64,000 bases of DNA from Gammaproteobacteria bacterium (GTDB taxonomy: Bacteria; Pseudomonadota; Gammaproteobacteria; SZUA-152): NCBI GenBank assembly GCA_021647705.1, contig JAKIUF010000014.1:1577-65576 (forward strand). The letters run 5' to 3'. This document shows positions 18,848-27,860 of the stretch, piece after piece. Within the stretch, counting starts at the first letter, position 1, and each line of letters begins with the position of its first letter. The translations under genes were made by a program, and so were the position numbers. Under the pieces are notes generated by a model, which was not told where the DNA came from, made no database searches, and saw nothing but the letters and a program-made list of their open reading frames with translations.

Positions 18848-20047
18848 CTATTTCGATGCTGCGTTCAGGCCATCCCGACTGATTTGTTGTGGTGGTTTTA
18901 CTGCGGTGATATCAGCAAGTTCAAGGATGCGCTGCGCAACCGAATGCCAGCTATGTGCCTGGACTGTATAGCGAGCCTCGTTACCCAGGGTGTGGCGCAG
19001 CGTTGGGTTTTCCAAGAGCTGCTCCAATGCTTCAGCTAAAGCCACAGGCTCGCCGGGAGGACACAATATGCCGTTACGACCATGTTGGATCAACAAAGCA
19101 AGCTGGCCAATGCGACTGGCAATAACAGGCAAGCCTGCTGCCATATATTCCAATACTTTTAACGGTGAGAAATAAAAATCCGGATTGTCAGGATAGGGTG
19201 CGACAGCAACATCCATTGAAGCCAGCAGCGCAGGTATTTGGTCAGGCACCACTGCACCGGTAAAGTAGGCGCTTTCGGTGAGGCCATGGGATTGCAGTGC
19301 GCTTTCCAGTTCGGCACGCTTGGGGCCATCACCTACGATTAGCAACCGAGCTCTGGAGTGCTTGTGCTGCAACAGTACAAATGCGTCGATTAAACTATCA
19401 AGCCCATGCCAAGGTTTTAGCGTGCCGACAAAACCAATGATGAAAGACTGCACTGACTTGACGGCAGGCGGCCATTGAAAGCGTGCAAGATTGACACCAT
19501 TGCTAATGACGTGAACACGCTCGCAAGTTTCGCTATAACTATCCAAATAACGGGCAACTTCGGCGGATACCGCAATCAATGTTGATGCGGCAGCAAACAC
19601 ACGACGGGTGGTTTGCTCAGCCTTAATCCGGTTGACCAATTGGCGGTGACGGCTTTGTTCTTCGATCACTGGCGCATTGACTTCCAAAATACCGGGCAAT
19701 GCCTGGGTTCGGGCAAACTCCATCGCCGCAAAGCTCCAAAGTGAATAGCGTTCATACACCATCTCAAAAGGACCGGCATGTGCCAATGCTGACGTGATAT
19801 GTTTATTTAGATTGAAGGTAAATGTTTCACGTTGAGCCGGAATCGTAGAAGCATTGTCAGGCAGCTGAACAACCGTCAGACCTTTCAGGTCAGGGGGGAT
19901 TTCGCCACCCAGGCGAGGGGTAAAGAGCGTGACATCCGCTCCCTGGTTTAAAAAAGCCCGAATGACTTCCTGCACATGTATCGAACATCCCTTGCAACCG
20001 AAAACCGGCACTCCCAGATCAGCGCAAACATACGCAATTTTCATCAT
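18848..20047 (-). CDS. glycosyltransferase, GT4 (GT-B fold) family
   Basis: 399 aa. N-terminal KIAYVCADLGVPVFGCKG, and a C-terminal EX7E-type region SPLKVLEYMAAGLPVIAS. The start overlaps the upstream gene stop (20044-20047). Confidence 0.85.
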   Translation of the reverse strand: MMKIAYVCADLGVPVFGCKGCSIHVQEVIRAFLNQGADVTLFTPRLGGEIPPDLKGLTVVQLPDNASTIPAQRETFTFNLNKHITSALAHAGPFEMVYERYSLWSFAAMEFARTQALPGILEVNAPVIEEQSRHRQLVNRIKAEQTTRRVFAAASTLIAVSAEVARYLDSYSETCERVHVISNGVNLARFQWPPAVKSVQSFIIGFVGTLKPWHGLDSLIDAFVLLQHKHSRARLLIVGDGPKRAELESALQSHGLTESAYFTGAVVPDQIPALLASMDVAVAPYPDNPDFYFSPLKVLEYMAAGLPVIASRIGQLALLIQHGRNGILCPPGEPVALAEALEQLLENPTLRHTLGNEARYTVQAHSWHSVAQRILELADITAVKPPQQISRDGLNAASK

Positions 20048-21294
20048 CCAGCCTTTTTGTTTTTCAGCACGTTATTGGATGTGGCGGTGTCGAACACTGA
20101 ACGTAAAGCCGCCGTGTTTTGATCAATATCGAAAGCCTGTTCGATCAAGCGGCGTGCGTGCTGTGCAAGCCGTGTACGTTCCTGCGAATGGAGCAACAAA
20201 TGCGCCAATGCATCTGTGAGGGCAGCAACGTCTTTTTGCGGTACGATAAGACCAGAGTGATTGTGCTTGATGGCTTCCGGAATACCGGTGACATCAGTAG
20301 AAATACACGGTACACCCAAAGCCATAGCTTCGAGCAACACGGTAGGCAAACCATCACGGTTGCCATCTAAGCCGACAACACACGGTGCGGCAAATACTGC
20401 GGTTTGTTGCAAACAGGCGATGACTTCTTTTTGTGGCAACGGCCCAAGAGTTTTAACCTTGTTTTGCAAACCACGCTGATGAATATCCGCAACGAGCGTA
20501 TCCTGCAATGGACCACCCCCTATAATCTGACATTCAAAATCGATATTACGCTTATGCAATTCAGCACAGGCAGCGATTAAATCACAGAAGCCTTTTTTTT
20601 CGATCAAACGGCCAACGGCAACAATACGAGGCGGTCGATGATGAGGATCGGAATACGGCAAGCGAAGTAAATCGAGGCCATTGTAGATACGCTGAACCTT
20701 GCTTGCAGAATGCCCGAATCTGTTTTGTAGAAAATCTACATTGTAATTGCTGACAGTAATGACCGATGTAGCATCCGAGATTTTTTTCTGCAAATCGTGA
20801 TGTTGCACACTTTCATGGAAAATGTCTTTGGCATGGGCGGTAAAAGAATAGGTGAGTCCAGCAAACAATGCGGCTAAACGAGCCACGGTCGTTGCCGACG
20901 TAGCGAAATGGGCATGCAAGTGTTCAATACCTTTTTCGCGTGCCTGCAAAGCAAGTAACGCCGCCTGATAAACATCACGAGCAACTTCATACTGTGCAGC
21001 GTCGAGACCGGTTACCCAGTCTGGTAGACTTTTGATCGCAGCCATAAGCTCGCTCCAGAATTCACTGACGCTGAGCGCACTCGGTGCAGGCAGGTAGGTG
21101 ATGGGTGCGCGCACTTTTGCGATGTTATCCTGAAAATGCGTATCGTTGGATGGGCGTAAAGCAAAAATGTCTAATGAGAGCCCCGCTTTCTCATGAGCAA
21201 GAATTTCATTAACGATGAATGTTTCTGAGTAGCGCGGATAACGTTTTACGACATAACCGATTCGCGGCAGGTAAGAGCAGGGAATCATAATCAC
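20044..21294 (-). CDS. glycosyltransferase, GT4 (GT-B fold) family
   Basis: 416 aa. RIGYVVKRYPRYSETFIVNEI at the N-terminus; GLPTVLLEAMALGVPCISTDVTGIPE in the C-terminal half. Confidence 0.85.
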   Translation of the reverse strand: MIMIPCSYLPRIGYVVKRYPRYSETFIVNEILAHEKAGLSLDIFALRPSNDTHFQDNIAKVRAPITYLPAPSALSVSEFWSELMAAIKSLPDWVTGLDAAQYEVARDVYQAALLALQAREKGIEHLHAHFATSATTVARLAALFAGLTYSFTAHAKDIFHESVQHHDLQKKISDATSVITVSNYNVDFLQNRFGHSASKVQRIYNGLDLLRLPYSDPHHRPPRIVAVGRLIEKKGFCDLIAACAELHKRNIDFECQIIGGGPLQDTLVADIHQRGLQNKVKTLGPLPQKEVIACLQQTAVFAAPCVVGLDGNRDGLPTVLLEAMALGVPCISTDVTGIPEAIKHNHSGLIVPQKDVAALTDALAHLLLHSQERTRLAQHARRLIEQAFDIDQNTAALRSVFDTATSNNVLKNKKAG

Positions 21295-21307
21295 GGACTC
21301 CTATGAA

Positions 21308-22567
21308 TTATTGGGTACATTGGCAAACTTCAGTGATCAAGCCAGGCAAACGGGACAAACCACCAAAATCCAGTTGGGCATGTACTTCAGGAGTCGTGGG
21401 ATAACGAGTGGCATGCGCTATCCATAGTGAGAGCCCCTCCGGACTTACATGCTCTGGAAGAATGAGATCAATCACACCCAGGGCTTTAAGTCGTTCGGCA
21501 CGCAGCAGTTGTTCCCGACGGGGCTTAATGCGAGGAACAATCAGCGCACGTTTCTCGAATGAGAGTATTTCTGAAACGACATTGTAACCCCCCATGGCGA
21601 CCACACAGTTGGCTTGCTGCAGCAAGTGTGTTGGTTCGTTGAGAAACTCAAGCACCTTCAGGTCAGTCCGAATGGCGGCCATGCGGTGGAGTGCGGCTTT
21701 CGTTTCTGGGGGCATGAATGGCCCGGTGACGATAACGCCAAACATGTTCACAGGCAGTATAGCCTGTGCAAATGCCTCAGTGAGGCATGCACCATCCTGC
21801 CCACCGCCCACCATACATAAGACGAAGCGTCCGTCAGGAATACCGAGTTCAGCGCGACTCGGTTTTATGGTATTCTCCTGATGCTCTGTAAAACGAATGC
21901 GGCGGTCAAAATAACCGGTGTAACTCACCTTATCCGCTATGTCGTTACTCATACTGTATTCACGAACAGCATCATAAACATTGGGGTCGCCATAAATCCA
22001 CACTTTATTGTAAAAATGGTGAATCGCTTCCCTGTTACCGGCTTTATGCCATTCGGCCTTCACTTGCTCAGGTTCATCAAGCACGTCCCGCAAACCGAGT
22101 ACACAACGTGTGCGGCCGCGTCGGCGAATGTCCCACAAGGTCGCATCCAACTCGCCGAGTGCGCCGCGTGGCACATTGTCAACAATGAACACATCCGGAT
22201 CGAAGGCCGTAATTGAAGCACGTATCATCTGCGCGCGGATTTTTTTTAAATCTTCCACCGGAATATTCAACGAGCGTGACAGGTAACAACCGTTACTTTT
22301 TTTGCGTAAAGACGGCAATGTGACACAGTCAACTCCCGGTGGCATTTGAGCAGCGCTTGCCTGACGAGCACCAGTGATCATTAAAATATTGGTTTGCAAC
22401 TCGGAACAGGACAAGGCCTGACTGATCATCAGATTACGCCGCATGTGCCCCATTCCCATCGTATCGTGGGAATATAAGGCAATGCGCAGTCTGTGCGGTT
22501 CAGTGCGGGCAAACTGCGGCGGTTTTTTCAGGAATTCCCGGGGGAATGGCAAGAATGTTTGAGTCAT
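21308..22567 (-). CDS. glycosyltransferase-like protein (GT-B, COG4671/GT28-like; tentative)
   Basis: Start placed at MTQTFLPF (ATG 22567-22565, preceded by TAAGGA), 32 codons inside the tracked ORF. G-loop YSHDTMGMGHMRRN. The C-terminal half VVAMGGYNVVSEILSFEKRALIVPR resembles MurG-type sugar-donor domains. Confidence 0.6.
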   Translation of the reverse strand: MTQTFLPFPREFLKKPPQFARTEPHRLRIALYSHDTMGMGHMRRNLMISQALSCSELQTNILMITGARQASAAQMPPGVDCVTLPSLRKKSNGCYLSRSLNIPVEDLKKIRAQMIRASITAFDPDVFIVDNVPRGALGELDATLWDIRRRGRTRCVLGLRDVLDEPEQVKAEWHKAGNREAIHHFYNKVWIYGDPNVYDAVREYSMSNDIADKVSYTGYFDRRIRFTEHQENTIKPSRAELGIPDGRFVLCMVGGGQDGACLTEAFAQAILPVNMFGVIVTGPFMPPETKAALHRMAAIRTDLKVLEFLNEPTHLLQQANCVVAMGGYNVVSEILSFEKRALIVPRIKPRREQLLRAERLKALGVIDLILPEHVSPEGLSLWIAHATRYPTTPEVHAQLDFGGLSRLPGLITEVCQCTQ

Positions 22568-22934
22568 GGCAGTATCCTTACGCCGCATGTTGTTGAATAT
22601 AACGAACACGGTCACTGTTTCATTCCCGTTTGACCAAACTGTAACCTTCTGCCGTGAGCTCATAATGAACTTGTCATGAAGTATTCATAAACTTGAGATT
22701 AAAACTAAGGTTTCACGCTTTTTAACGACGCTATAAATTTTGTTCACTCGTTTTTGTTCAAAACAAAGTTTCAATCCACGCGCCCATGAAGGCGCGACAT
22801 TTACTTTTAGCCACACCGCCATCCAACAGGGCCTGCAAAAGTATTATTGAGGCTTGTTCAGGCTGACCCGGAGTCAGTTTTTGAAAACCTTCATATCAAT
22901 CACACATAAATGAATAAGGTGCGTACACGTTCCT

Positions 22935-23106
22935 TTATTGTTTCACCTTCCCCAAACAACACTTTTTAATATTTTTTACCACTTCCACAGAAACAAGGAT
23001 CGTTACGACCAATTTGTGGAACAAGCGCGGCAGTTCTACCAATAGGCGAGGAAAGGGCAACTAGATCGTCTCCGTGCTCAGGATCGCTGACAAAAAAATC
23101 AACCCT
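22935..23106 (-). pseudogene. startless C-terminal fragment of a SEC-C-motif protein (SecA-tail / YecA-like)
   Basis: Minus-strand reading gives ...PQIGRNDPCFCGSGKKY then a stop. Skipping one T restores KKCCLGKVKQ, i.e. the canonical [13 protein letters not shown] motif. No ATG/GTG/TTG lies between the upstream in-frame stop (23109-23107) and the motif. Confidence 0.35.
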
Positions 23107-23230
23107 CTACAACAAAAACTCGATTGCCTGAAATAGGAAAAAAGGCCTTTATTCAACAACAACTCACTGGTCAACGGCGACTCAAGGTGAACGTCGATAG
23201 CCGATCAAACCTTGAATAGGTCTCTTTCCC

Positions 23231-23266
23231 GTTTGGTGGAACCGCTACGCTTGTTCCACCCTACCC
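23231..23266 (+). repeat. REP-like family A unit
   Basis: GTTTGGTGGAACCGCTACGCTTGTTCCACCCTACCC. The left flank TTGAATAGGTCTCTTTCCC matches the flank of the inverted copy at 27188-27246. Confidence 0.65.
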
Positions 23267-23276
23267 AGCTTAGACA

Positions 23277-23350
23277 GACTTTATGTATTCACTCGCCAAC
23301 CGCTTGTAAATTCCCATACATTGCCTGTTGGTGAGTCAATACATAAAGTC
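23277..23350. repeat. long hairpin (24-nt arms, 26-nt loop)
   Basis: GACTTTATGTATTCACTCGCCAAC ... GTTGGTGAGTCAATACATAAAGTC, with 2 mismatches. Confidence 0.55.
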
Positions 23351-23364
23351 GGATGATATTAAGC

Positions 23365-23404
23365 AATCACTATTCCAGAAAAAAAGACTTCTGGAATAAT
23401 GATT
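23365..23404. repeat. hairpin (15-nt arms, 10-nt loop)
   Basis: AATCACTATTCCAGA-AAAAAAGACT-TCTGGAATAATGATT, with 1 mismatch. Confidence 0.55.
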
Positions 23405-23424
23405 TGTGAGTTAATACATATCAG

Positions 23425-23598
23425 GGACATGCATGTAATAACTTTCGGTTTAGCGCTCGGATTTAGTGTGTATTCGTTCGTTCTGATTGAATAAAAATAT
23501 AGGAATAGTCATTTTATTTCGAGCTTTTGTGATTGAAGAACGGGCGAAGATGGGCTGAAACCGGGATACAAAACAGAAAGTTATTACATGCACGTTCC
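23425..23598. repeat. 174-bp element bounded by about 22-bp inverted repeats (MITE-like or structured RNA)
   Basis: GGACATGCATGTAATAACTTTC at 23425-23446 and GAAAGTTATTACATGCACGTTCC at 23576-23598, with an A+T-rich 129-bp interior. Confidence 0.45.
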
Positions 23599-23911
23599 TT
23601 AGCCGGACAGCCATGGGCTATTTCCGGGGTTTCCCCCTCTGTATTATTTCAATTTTGTGCAAATACCTGCCGACATAACAGGTCTTGCTCCCCTCACGCA
23701 TCAACGTTGTATTGCCCATTCCGCTGCTGTATTACATGGGTGCCCAGAGCCACGGTGGTTTTTGAGGGAATCGCAGTGGTTTTTCCGGCTATTGCCTCTC
23801 TCCCGGCAAATCGCTAGAATTTCCATCTAATATTGCATGGCGGTCTCTATTGGGGGGCTGCCTTTTTGTTTTTGGCGGTTTTTTTGTCCGTCTGTTGGGA
23901 AATTGAAAGCT

Positions 23912-25090
23912 ATGTCCGATGCGTTAATGCACACTTATGCTCCGTTACCCGTTACCTTTGATAAGGGTGACGGCTGTTGGTTGTGGGACACCGAGGGTAA
24001 ACGTTACCTCGATGCCCTCGGCGGTATCGCTGTCTGTGGCCTGGGCCATGCCCACCCCGCTGTGACCGAGGCCATTTGCCAACAGGCTGGCCAGTTGATA
24101 CACACGTCCAACCTTTATCACATCGCCCATCAGCAGGCATTGGCAGACAAACTCACTGCGCTGGCGGGTATGGAACGGGTGTTTTTCAGTAATTCCGGTG
24201 CCGAGGCTAATGAGGCCGCCATCAAGCTTGCGCGCTTGCACGGTCATTCCCGAGGCATTGAAAAGCCTACGGTTATTGTTATGGAAGGCAGTTTCCACGG
24301 CCGTACTCTGGCCACGCTGAGTGCTACCGGCAATCGCAAGGTGCAGGCGGGTTTTGAGCCGCTGGTGAGCGGTTTCCTGCGCGTGCCTTACAACGACCTT
24401 GATGCCATTGCTGCTGTGGCCAAAAACAATCAAAACGTCGTGGCCGTGCTGGTGGAGCCTATACAGGGCGAAGGCGGCATTCGCATTCCCGATGACAATT
24501 ACCTGCCCGGTATCCGTGCTTTGTGTAATGACAATAACTGGCTAATGATGCTAGATGAAATTCAGACTGGCATGGGCCGTAGCGGACAGTGGTTTGCGCA
24601 CCAGCAGCAAAGCGATGCCACACCCGACGTAATGACTCTCGCCAAGGCGCTGGGCAACGGTATGCCCATCGGTGCCTGTCTGGCACGCGGCGCGGCGGCA
24701 CACACTTTCCAGCCCGGTAATCATGGCTCCACCTATGGTGGCAATCCGTTGGTTTGCCGAGTGGCTCTGAGCGTTATCGACACCATTGAAAAAGAGAAAC
24801 TTTGTGAGCGTGCTGCGTCTTTGGGCACACGGCTGCTAACCGCATTTGGTGAGCAACTGGCCGATGTCGAGGGCGTTAACGAGATTCGCGGCAAGGGGCT
24901 GTTGCTGGCCATCGAGCTGGACCGACCCTGTGCCGAGTTAGTCAAAATTGCGCTGGCTGAGGGTCTGCTGATCAATGTTACTGCGAACAACGTGGTGCGA
25001 CTGCTGCCGCCGCTGATTATGACCGATGACGAAGCAACACAACTGGTTGAGCAGCTCAGCACGCTTATCCGCGATTTTCTTTCCCGTTAA
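23912..25090 (+). CDS. argD: acetylornithine aminotransferase
   Basis: Start placed at MSDALMHTYAPLPVTFDKGDG (ATG 23912), 25 codons inside the tracked ORF. Class-III aminotransferase motifs are present: SGAEANEAAIKLAR, DEIQTGMGRSG, and the PLP lysine in TLAKALGNGMPIG. Lies directly upstream of argF. Confidence 0.9.
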   Translation: MSDALMHTYAPLPVTFDKGDGCWLWDTEGKRYLDALGGIAVCGLGHAHPAVTEAICQQAGQLIHTSNLYHIAHQQALADKLTALAGMERVFFSNSGAEANEAAIKLARLHGHSRGIEKPTVIVMEGSFHGRTLATLSATGNRKVQAGFEPLVSGFLRVPYNDLDAIAAVAKNNQNVVAVLVEPIQGEGGIRIPDDNYLPGIRALCNDNNWLMMLDEIQTGMGRSGQWFAHQQQSDATPDVMTLAKALGNGMPIGACLARGAAAHTFQPGNHGSTYGGNPLVCRVALSVIDTIEKEKLCERAASLGTRLLTAFGEQLADVEGVNEIRGKGLLLAIELDRPCAELVKIALAEGLLINVTANNVVRLLPPLIMTDDEATQLVEQLSTLIRDFLSR

Positions 25091-25118
25091 TCATTTGTAG
25101 TTTCCAGCGAGACAGTCC

Positions 25119-26021
25119 ATGAACGTGCGCCATTTTTTGACCCTCAATGATTTGAGTCGTGATGAGTTACATAAGCTGATCCAACGTGCTATTGAACTGA
25201 AAACCCAACAAAAAGCGGGCACAATTTTTGAGCCTTTAAAAAATAAAGTGCTGGGCATGGTGTTTGAGAAATCCTCTACCCGTACCCGGGTTTCCTTCGA
25301 AACAGGCATGGTGCAGTTTGGTGGCCAAGCCATTTTTCTGTCGCCGCGCGACACACAACTGGGCCGTGGCGAACCCATTGAGGATTCGGCACGGGTATTA
25401 TCGCGCATGGTGGATATCATCATGATCCGCACCTTCGAGCATGAAAAAATCCAGCGCTTTGCAGAATATTCACGGGTGCCGGTCATCAATGCGCTCACCA
25501 ATGAATACCACCCCTGCCAGCTTTTGGCCGACATGCAGACGTACTTTGAGCATCGCGGCGACATCAGCGGCAAGCGTGTGGTATGGATCGGCGATGGCAA
25601 CAACATGTGCCACTCATACATTAACGCCGCAAAACAGTTTGGCTTCCAGTTGCAAATAGCCAGTCCTGAAGGTTATCTGCCTGATGCACAAATCCTCGCG
25701 GCGAGTGAAGGCTATGCCGCTTTGAGCCCATCACCTCGCGCAGCCGTGCAGGATGCTGACCTGATCGTCACCGATGTGTGGGCCAGCATGGGCCAGGAAG
25801 AAGAACAGGCTGCGCGCGAACAGGCATTTGCCGACTATCAGGTCAACCCGGAATTGATGGCACTGGCCAAACCCGATGCCTTGTTTATGCACTGCCTGCC
25901 TGCCCATCGCGGTGAAGAAGTGGCGGCTGCCGTTATTGATGGCACGCAAAGCGTGGTGTGGGATGAGGCGGAAAATCGCCTGCACTCACAAAAAGCCCTG
26001 TTGGAGTTTCTGATCGGCTGA
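25119..26021 (+). CDS. argF: ornithine carbamoyltransferase
   Basis: 300 aa. Contains [13 protein letters not shown] and [10 protein letters not shown]. Lies 28 nt after argD. Confidence 0.93.
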   Translation: MNVRHFLTLNDLSRDELHKLIQRAIELKTQQKAGTIFEPLKNKVLGMVFEKSSTRTRVSFETGMVQFGGQAIFLSPRDTQLGRGEPIEDSARVLSRMVDIIMIRTFEHEKIQRFAEYSRVPVINALTNEYHPCQLLADMQTYFEHRGDISGKRVVWIGDGNNMCHSYINAAKQFGFQLQIASPEGYLPDAQILAASEGYAALSPSPRAAVQDADLIVTDVWASMGQEEEQAAREQAFADYQVNPELMALAKPDALFMHCLPAHRGEEVAAAVIDGTQSVVWDEAENRLHSQKALLEFLIG

Positions 26022-26121
26022 ATTCAAGCTGGCCTCAATACACCCGCATTAAACGCGGGTGATCTGGTATCATATCAGGAATGATTCTCACTCACGCTGC
26101 CACCGACGCCCGAAAAACCTC

Positions 26122-27165
26122 ATGAGCCCCCTGCTGGATGTTCGTGATATTGAATGCCGCTATCGTAATCAGGCGGTGGTCAGCAACCTGTCGATGCATG
26201 TTAAACGCGGCAGCCTGGTGTGTCTGTTGGGCCCCAGCGGTTGCGGCAAAACCACGGCTCTGCGTGCCATCGCTGGCTTTGAACCCATTTTCCACGGTGA
26301 AATTTGCATCGATGGCAACACCGTATCCCGCCCCGGTTATGCGCTGGCACCGGAAAAGCGCCGTCTCGGCATGGTGTTCCAGGACTACGCTCTGTTTCCG
26401 CACATGAATATCAGCGACAACGTCGGCTTTGCCTTACGCAAGACTTCCAGTGCAGACCGGCGAAAAATGGTAGCGCGCATGCTGCAAATGGTGGGGCTGG
26501 AAGAATTCAAGACACGCTTCCCTCACGAACTGTCTGGTGGGCAACAACAGCGTGTCGCTCTGGCCCGCGCGCTGGCCGCACAACCTGAAGCCATTTTACT
26601 GGACGAGCCCTTTTCCAATCTCGATATCGATACACGTGAACGCCTCAGCCTGGAGGTACGCGAAATTCTTAAACAGGAAGGCATCACCGGTATTCTGGTC
26701 ACCCACCATCAGGACGAAGCCTTTGCTTTGGGCGACTATATCGGCGTCATGGATCAGGGACGTATTCGGCAATGGGATACACCTTTTAATCTCTATCACG
26801 AACCACAAAATCGTTTTGTTGCCGACTTTATTGGCCAGGGCACTTTTTTGAAAGGCATTATGGTGGAAACCGATACGGTTGATACCGAGCTGGGACGACT
26901 GACGGGTGACCGTGCTTATAACTGGCCCAAAGGCACCGAAGTGGAAGTGCTGATTCGCCCGGATGATATTGTGCCCGATACCGACGGCCCTCTCACTGGA
27001 CTTATCACTCAAAAGGCTTTCAAAGGGGCCGAGGTCATGTACACCCTGGAGCTGCCGTCCGGTAACCAGGTATTATCATTATTTCCCAGCCACCACGACT
27101 ACACGATTGGCACACAAGTCGGCATCCGCGCTGACATGCATCATGTCGTGGCTTTCAGCCAATAG
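26122..27165 (+). CDS. ABC transporter ATP-binding protein (PotA/FbpC-type importer ATPase)
   Basis: Start placed at MSPLLDVRDIECRY (ATG 26122). Walker A GPSGCGKTT, signature LSGGQQQRVALARAL, Walker B ILLDEPFSNLD, and a C-terminal TOBE-like regulatory domain. Confidence 0.85.
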   Translation: MSPLLDVRDIECRYRNQAVVSNLSMHVKRGSLVCLLGPSGCGKTTALRAIAGFEPIFHGEICIDGNTVSRPGYALAPEKRRLGMVFQDYALFPHMNISDNVGFALRKTSSADRRKMVARMLQMVGLEEFKTRFPHELSGGQQQRVALARALAAQPEAILLDEPFSNLDIDTRERLSLEVREILKQEGITGILVTHHQDEAFALGDYIGVMDQGRIRQWDTPFNLYHEPQNRFVADFIGQGTFLKGIMVETDTVDTELGRLTGDRAYNWPKGTEVEVLIRPDDIVPDTDGPLTGLITQKAFKGAEVMYTLELPSGNQVLSLFPSHHDYTIGTQVGIRADMHHVVAFSQ

Positions 27166-27187
27166 ACTCCACAGGCCAAGCCCCACC

Positions 27188-27246
27188 TGGGTAGGGTGGA
27201 ACAAGCGAAGCGGTTCCACCAAACGGGAAAGGGGCATATTCAAAGC
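27188..27246 (-). repeat. REP-like family A unit (inverted) with conserved flank
   Basis: GGGTAGGGTGGAACAAGCGAAGCGGTTCCACCAAACGGGAAAGGGGCATATTCAA is the reverse complement of the 23215-23266 copy with a few substitutions. Confidence 0.65.
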
Positions 27247-27257
27247 TCGGTCAGCGA

Positions 27258-27577
27258 TACCCATAGCGTTTGGAATTTAGGTTTGAATGTGCGTCATATC
27301 GATTTCATGGCCAAGCAAAGTGGCGTGGAACCGTCACATTCTATACCCGTAGCGTTTGGGATTTAGGTTTAAGTGTGCGTCATATTTTCTCCATGGCAAG
27401 GCGAAATGACACGGAATAGTCGTTCTATTGCAAGGCATTTCAACGCAGCCATGGGGTAAATAGGGCATGCAATTAGACCTAAATCTCAATCGCTACGGGT
27501 ATATTGCAAGCCATTTTAACGCCGCTATGGAGTCAGTAGAGCGAGCAGTCAGGTCTAAACCTCAATCGCTATGGGTA
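27258..27577 (+). mobile_element. MITE family B, older copy split by insertion of a second copy
   Basis: The left half 27258-27341 (TACCCATAGCGTTTGGAATTTAGGT...) and right half 27504-27577 (...GTCTAAACCTCAATCGCTATGGGTA) are colinear with the intact copy at 42801-42959 once 27344-27501 and one TA are removed. Confidence 0.7.
27344..27501 (+). mobile_element. MITE family B, intact 158-bp copy nested inside another copy, with TA target duplication
   Basis: 25-nt terminal inverted repeats TACCCGTAGCGTTTGGGATTTAGGT / ACCTAAATCTCAATCGCTACGGGTA match at 23/25. TA dinucleotides lie at 27342-27343 and 27502-27503. Confidence 0.75.
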
Positions 27578-27733
27578 TATCGACACCCACCTTGTCGTCG
27601 CTGCTTGCCAGTGAATCGTTATTGCATGAGGGCTTTTTTCTGTTTCAGGCAATCGGGTTTTTGTTGCAGGGTTTTGATTTTTTGTTAGCGGGCAGTGAGC
27701 ATAGGGCGATTTGTTGGCTCTTATTAACCTATT

Positions 27734-27860
27734 GGTGGAACCGCTGCGCTTGTTCCACCCTACAGCTTTACGCTGTGTTGAATAGCGTAGAACAAAAAAA
27801 TCTATAAACACCCTGGCTCCACTCTCTGTCACGGGTAGGGCTTAGCCTGATGGCTATGGG
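27734..27860 (+). repeat. REP-like family A unit plus conserved tail
   Basis: GGTGGAACCGCTGCGCTTGTTCCACCCTAC followed by CTGTGTTGAATAGCGTAGAACAAAAAAATCTA...GGGCTTAGCCTGATGGCTATGGG, matching 12033-12150. Confidence 0.65.

Noticed and set aside
13505-22216. Assorted 60-143-aa ORFs antisense to or out of frame with the operon genes (for example 15116-15460, 17786-18088, 21881-22216)
   Set aside because: Each lies wholly within a longer motif-supported gene on the other strand or frame.
23533-23817. 94-aa TTG-initiated ORF upstream of argD
   Set aside because: It begins inside the 174-bp inverted-repeat element, has no RBS, and has a Cys/Arg/Pro-rich composition untypical of proteins here.
25091-25621. 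176-aa minus-strand ORF
   Set aside because: It is antisense to argF, which has unambiguous OTCase motifs.
27467-27832. ORFs of 73-87 aa across the MITE/REP cluster
   Set aside because: They are composed of repeat-element sequence on both strands and have no coding signal.
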